The position numbers were made by a program, and so were the translations under genes. A stretch of 20,000 bases of DNA from an uncultured Methanosarcinales archaeon. Lineage in GTDB: Archaea; Nanobdellota; Nanobdellia; Woesearchaeales; DATDXC01. Positions within the stretch are counted from its first letter, which is position 1; the number at the start of each line of letters is the position of its first letter. Under the pieces are notes generated by a model, which ran no database searches, was not told where the DNA came from, and was given only the letters and a program-made list of their open reading frames with translations. Positions 16,746-20,000 of the stretch are shown piece after piece. The stretch is taken from the NCBI GenBank assembly GCA_964510025.1, contig CAZDZV010000007.1, positions 59,963-79,962 on the forward strand. The letters are read 5' to 3'.

Positions 16746-19700
16746 TCAGCCTCCGCAGTAATCCTGGCCCTCAAGTTCATTATCATAGTTCAGAAAGCTG
16801 AACTCAGATGATAAAAGGCCGTATATCTCCATAATTATGTTGGCTCCGCCCCACAGTCCGCACGTTGTATCATACCATCCTGCTTTTGGGACGCCTTCAA
16901 TGAAGGATCTGGCGCATGTCAGCCCGCCGGATTTTCTGTGCGCAAAGCAGAATATCTGGTAGCCGATGCTGTTCAGAAGCGAGGGCCACATATTCACGAT
17001 AGCTTCCCAAAGACTATCAAAAAATCCCTCGACATAGCCGTGCTTCCTGAAGCTTGCGCTTTCAACATACAGGCACTCCCTTTCCTTGTATGCGATATCG
17101 CACTGTGTTATGGAGGTGCCTGAAGCTATGCTGTTCATTATGCATGTCCTGTACATGCACTTTATCTGCCTTGACTTCCTGAGGTTATAAACATAAGCAG
17201 GAAGGCAGAGGCATGCTTTTGCATAATGGATGCTCTTGTATGGGTCAAATATCCAGGTTCCTGTATCCTCGATCTTTGTTGGGGGGGCCCTTTGCTTCCA
17301 CATCTTGTATCCTGGGTCTTCTTTCATGAATGTGTCAAGCTTCTTGAGCCTTTCCCATTTGCTTGAGCCTGGTTCTGCCCTTGCCTGAAGCCCCTTGGGC
17401 TTTGCTCTTGTCAGATCATTGAAGTTTGTCTCTATCCAGTCTGCTGACATCGATCCCACCCAGTTGCCTAAGAAGTTTGCGCTTACTGACAGATATGTAC
17501 CCCAGTCGCACAGCGCACAGTGAAACCCTATCATGCAGCCCCCCTTGTTTATCCAGCCGATGATTCCCAGCAGGCTGTCTGGCAGTATTCCTGGAGGCCA
17601 TATGAATTTTTCTATTATCCCTACCTGGTTGAATGAAAGTGGCTGGCATATGGCTGTCCAGGCAGCAGACACAGTGGCCATGCATCCGATTATAAGGTCA
17701 GGCTCTATAAGCCCAAAGCATGCCACCCATGCGCCAGACAGTACAGTGTATGCGGCGCTCTTTATTCCCTGAAGCATCGCATTCAGTATCCCCAGCCCTT
17801 CAGAGATCTGGCACCATGTGCCCCAGATGTCTATGATCTTCTGGTATTCCTCTATCTCAGAGTCTATGTCCTGTATCTCAGCTGTTATCTGCGCAAGCTT
17901 GCCCTCTATGCTCTCTTCCATGTCGCCTATGCTTCTTCCGTAAAGCTGGACGCTTTTGGATATGTTCTCTATCTCTGGCTGAGCATACACAGAATTGCCT
18001 ACCCTCTGCATTATGCTAAGCCTGCAGTTGATGTCAAAGCTGTCTTCAAACCCTATGGCTGCGCTTGTCTTAAGCCCGATAAACGGGCCTGCATCCACTA
18101 TGTATGGCTCAGCTACGATGTTCTGCATTCCGCTGCAGTCAGCATCATAGCCTATCACTTCTGTGTTAGGGCAGATCCTGTTAAGGTTGATTTGGGCAAA
18201 CACATCCATGCTTACCTGCGACGCGGTTTTTTTGTCTATCCTGCCTGGTATAGATTCAACACTGGACACGCTGAAACAGTTGGGCGCCCCTGTGTTTTCA
18301 AGATTAAAAACAGCCACATATATCTCTGCCGGGTCTGCCTCATTTCCTGCATAGTCTTCTGCTGTTATCCTCACCGTAGCGTTGGTGAAGGAAGACACTA
18401 AGGACCCGACCGACACGGTACATAAGCCATCGCCGTTGCAGTCTGCCGTTTTGGGGAAGCTCTCTGTGCTTACTGAAGATGCATCTATAAATGCATCAGC
18501 TCCGTTCTCATCTGCTATCCTGAACGAGAATGTTATATCATCCCCTGGTGTGGGAAAGCTGGGGCTATAGCCAACATCTGCTATTGCCGGCTTGGTGACA
18601 TCTACCGTGACATTCTCCCTCATTGGCCTTTCAAAACCCTTCCCGAAATCATCTAGAGAGCTGCCTTTTACCTCAATTTCATGAACCCCTTCTGGCTGGT
18701 TCGGGTTTACATCAAAATAGCAGTACCAATAGCTGTCTTCGCTGCAGTTTTCCGCCTTTGCATCATGGACATTCCTCCTGACTTCGCTTAGCTCCATGAA
18801 GACATTTGCGGAATTGAAGCCTGCCCCTGCTGAGTCTATCTCTACTATGACTATATCATTTCTCCCAAGATATTTTACTCCGTTTCTCATATGGCCCGTA
18901 AGGATCGCGTTTACCTGCGGCAGGCTGTTGTCAATATCAAACAGATAATTTGCCGGAGCCTCAGCCAGGTTGCCTGCGATATCTGCAGCTGTGAAATGGA
19001 TCAAAGCATCAGTATCAGAATCGATATCCAGCTGGACATCATCCCAGCGGCACCTGTATGTATCAGCCCCGTAGCTGCTGCAGCTGTCTGCCTGCTTTGC
19101 GCCCAAATAGGGATTTAGATCGCTTAGGTCAGCCCTTACACTGCTTATGTTCAGGTCATCGTCTGTTATCTCGATTGAGATGCCTATCTTGAACATGGTC
19201 TCTGGAACAGCAGAACCGTCCCCGCCCAGCTCGTCGGTTATCACCAGGCTGGTTGTATTTATCAGTGGTGCGATGAGGTCCACAGAAACAGCAAGTGAGC
19301 TGCTTTGTGCAGCCGTTCCAAGATTGTCATATACTATAGCATATATGATATCATTCTCCTGCAGCTCTTGGGCGCTTATTGATGTTGTTCCTGTCTTCAC
19401 GCAAAAATCCGGCTCCCCGTTAATCTGCTCTGTATGCAGCAGCCCTGTCTTGCTTGAATGAAACTCGATACGGCTTATGCCTGAACACAGATCCTCACAA
19501 GCCACCCCATCACATGCCCTGTCCTCTGCCGCATACCTGATATCCAATCCTGTCGATCCGACCTTGCTCTTCTCCAGCATTATGTCGATATCAGGAGGCC
19601 TGTCATCCAGCACAATCTGCTCTGAATCCTGCTCAACCAGGCTGCAATCCTGCTGAGCGCACCCGTATAGGTAGACATTAGTATAGCCGGGATTTGGGCT

Positions 19701-20000
19701 GACAGCATACATGCTGGGGTCAAGCGAAAGCCTGCATGTTCCGTCTACGCAGGAATCAAACATTATGCCTGGGCTGCTCTGCTGATATTTTCCTGAATAA
19801 GGCATGCCCCCGAATCTCACAAGGCTCCTGTCATTTACCCTTTCATTTCCTATCATAGCAAATGCCTCAATCTCGAGCTGGTCATCTTCCTTTACGTAGT
19901 TGTCATAGAAGTCAGAACCATGTATTTCAGTTATCTGCAGTGCTGCCAGAGCGATCGATGAGTATATAGGCATGCTTACAACAAGCACTATCAGCGCTAT
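16746..20000 (-). CDS. Large secreted Ig-like-repeat protein with Cys-rich helical C-terminal domain (>1084 aa; start lies just beyond the window), paralog of 5744-8911
   Basis: The frame is open to the window edge (IALIVLVVSMPIYSSIALA, compare MIVCIPIYSSAAMA). Shared motifs: DxACxxxAC...CSGIxRxE, ADLSxL, DxAGN, RVGN...E-x-ENI, CLPAYVYNLRKSRQIKCMYRTCI and a near-terminal DYC. Confidence 0.85.
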   Translation of the reverse strand: MALIVLVVSMPIYSSIALAALQITEIHGSDFYDNYVKEDDQLEIEAFAMIGNERVNDRSLVRFGGMPYSGKYQQSSPGIMFDSCVDGTCRLSLDPSMYAVSPNPGYTNVYLYGCAQQDCSLVEQDSEQIVLDDRPPDIDIMLEKSKVGSTGLDIRYAAEDRACDGVACEDLCSGISRIEFHSSKTGLLHTEQINGEPDFCVKTGTTSISAQELQENDIIYAIVYDNLGTAAQSSSLAVSVDLIAPLINTTSLVITDELGGDGSAVPETMFKIGISIEITDDDLNISSVRADLSDLNPYLGAKQADSCSSYGADTYRCRWDDVQLDIDSDTDALIHFTAADIAGNLAEAPANYLFDIDNSLPQVNAILTGHMRNGVKYLGRNDIVIVEIDSAGAGFNSANVFMELSEVRRNVHDAKAENCSEDSYWYCYFDVNPNQPEGVHEIEVKGSSLDDFGKGFERPMRENVTVDVTKPAIADVGYSPSFPTPGDDITFSFRIADENGADAFIDASSVSTESFPKTADCNGDGLCTVSVGSLVSSFTNATVRITAEDYAGNEADPAEIYVAVFNLENTGAPNCFSVSSVESIPGRIDKKTASQVSMDVFAQINLNRICPNTEVIGYDADCSGMQNIVAEPYIVDAGPFIGLKTSAAIGFEDSFDINCRLSIMQRVGNSVYAQPEIENISKSVQLYGRSIGDMEESIEGKLAQITAEIQDIDSEIEEYQKIIDIWGTWCQISEGLGILNAMLQGIKSAAYTVLSGAWVACFGLIEPDLIIGCMATVSAAWTAICQPLSFNQVGIIEKFIWPPGILPDSLLGIIGWINKGGCMIGFHCALCDWGTYLSVSANFLGNWVGSMSADWIETNFNDLTRAKPKGLQARAEPGSSKWERLKKLDTFMKEDPGYKMWKQRAPPTKIEDTGTWIFDPYKSIHYAKACLCLPAYVYNLRKSRQIKCMYRTCIMNSIASGTSITQCDIAYKERECLYVESASFRKHGYVEGFFDSLWEAIVNMWPSLLNSIGYQIFCFAHRKSGGLTCARSFIEGVPKAGWYDTTCGLWGGANIIMEIYGLLSSEFSFLNYDNELEGQDYCGG

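Noticed and set aside
1..20000. Provirus, conjugative element or diversity-generating retroelement
   Set aside because: No integrase, terminase, capsid, relaxase, VirB4 or reverse transcriptase is visible, and I noticed no near-identical TR/VR pair. The cassette paralogy is old and evident mainly at the protein level.

Overview
This window is a gene-dense archaeal-type region, most likely DPANN (Woesearchaeota/Pacearchaeota-like). That assignment is inferred from class III signal peptides, TATA/BRE promoters and the Cys-rich repeat types. It encodes almost only secreted or membrane proteins of unknown function. Two co-directional minus-strand cassettes share a four-gene order: (1) a >1000-aa Ig-repeat protein with a conserved Cys-rich helical C-terminal domain, (2) a secreted protein with a shared ~140-aa domain, (3) a ~5-6 TM membrane protein, and (4) a 650-900-aa protein with a pilin-like class III signal (K/R-G|QIT-x-F). 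The left cassette is headed by a 55-aa ribbon-helix-helix gene missed by the ORF track plus a further G|QIT paralog, and it is followed by an FN3-type secreted protein. A 364-bp AT-rich divergent promoter region with repeated TTATACT motifs and one plus-strand Cys-rich surface protein separate the cassettes. Nearly all genes are translationally coupled. No ATPase, prepilin peptidase, RNA gene, CRISPR array or mobile-element gene is visible. Two 10-N scaffold gaps affect gene calls. The best candidate for a new system is a duplicated, autoregulated cell-surface apparatus built from giant pilin-like subunits, possibly for contact or attachment.
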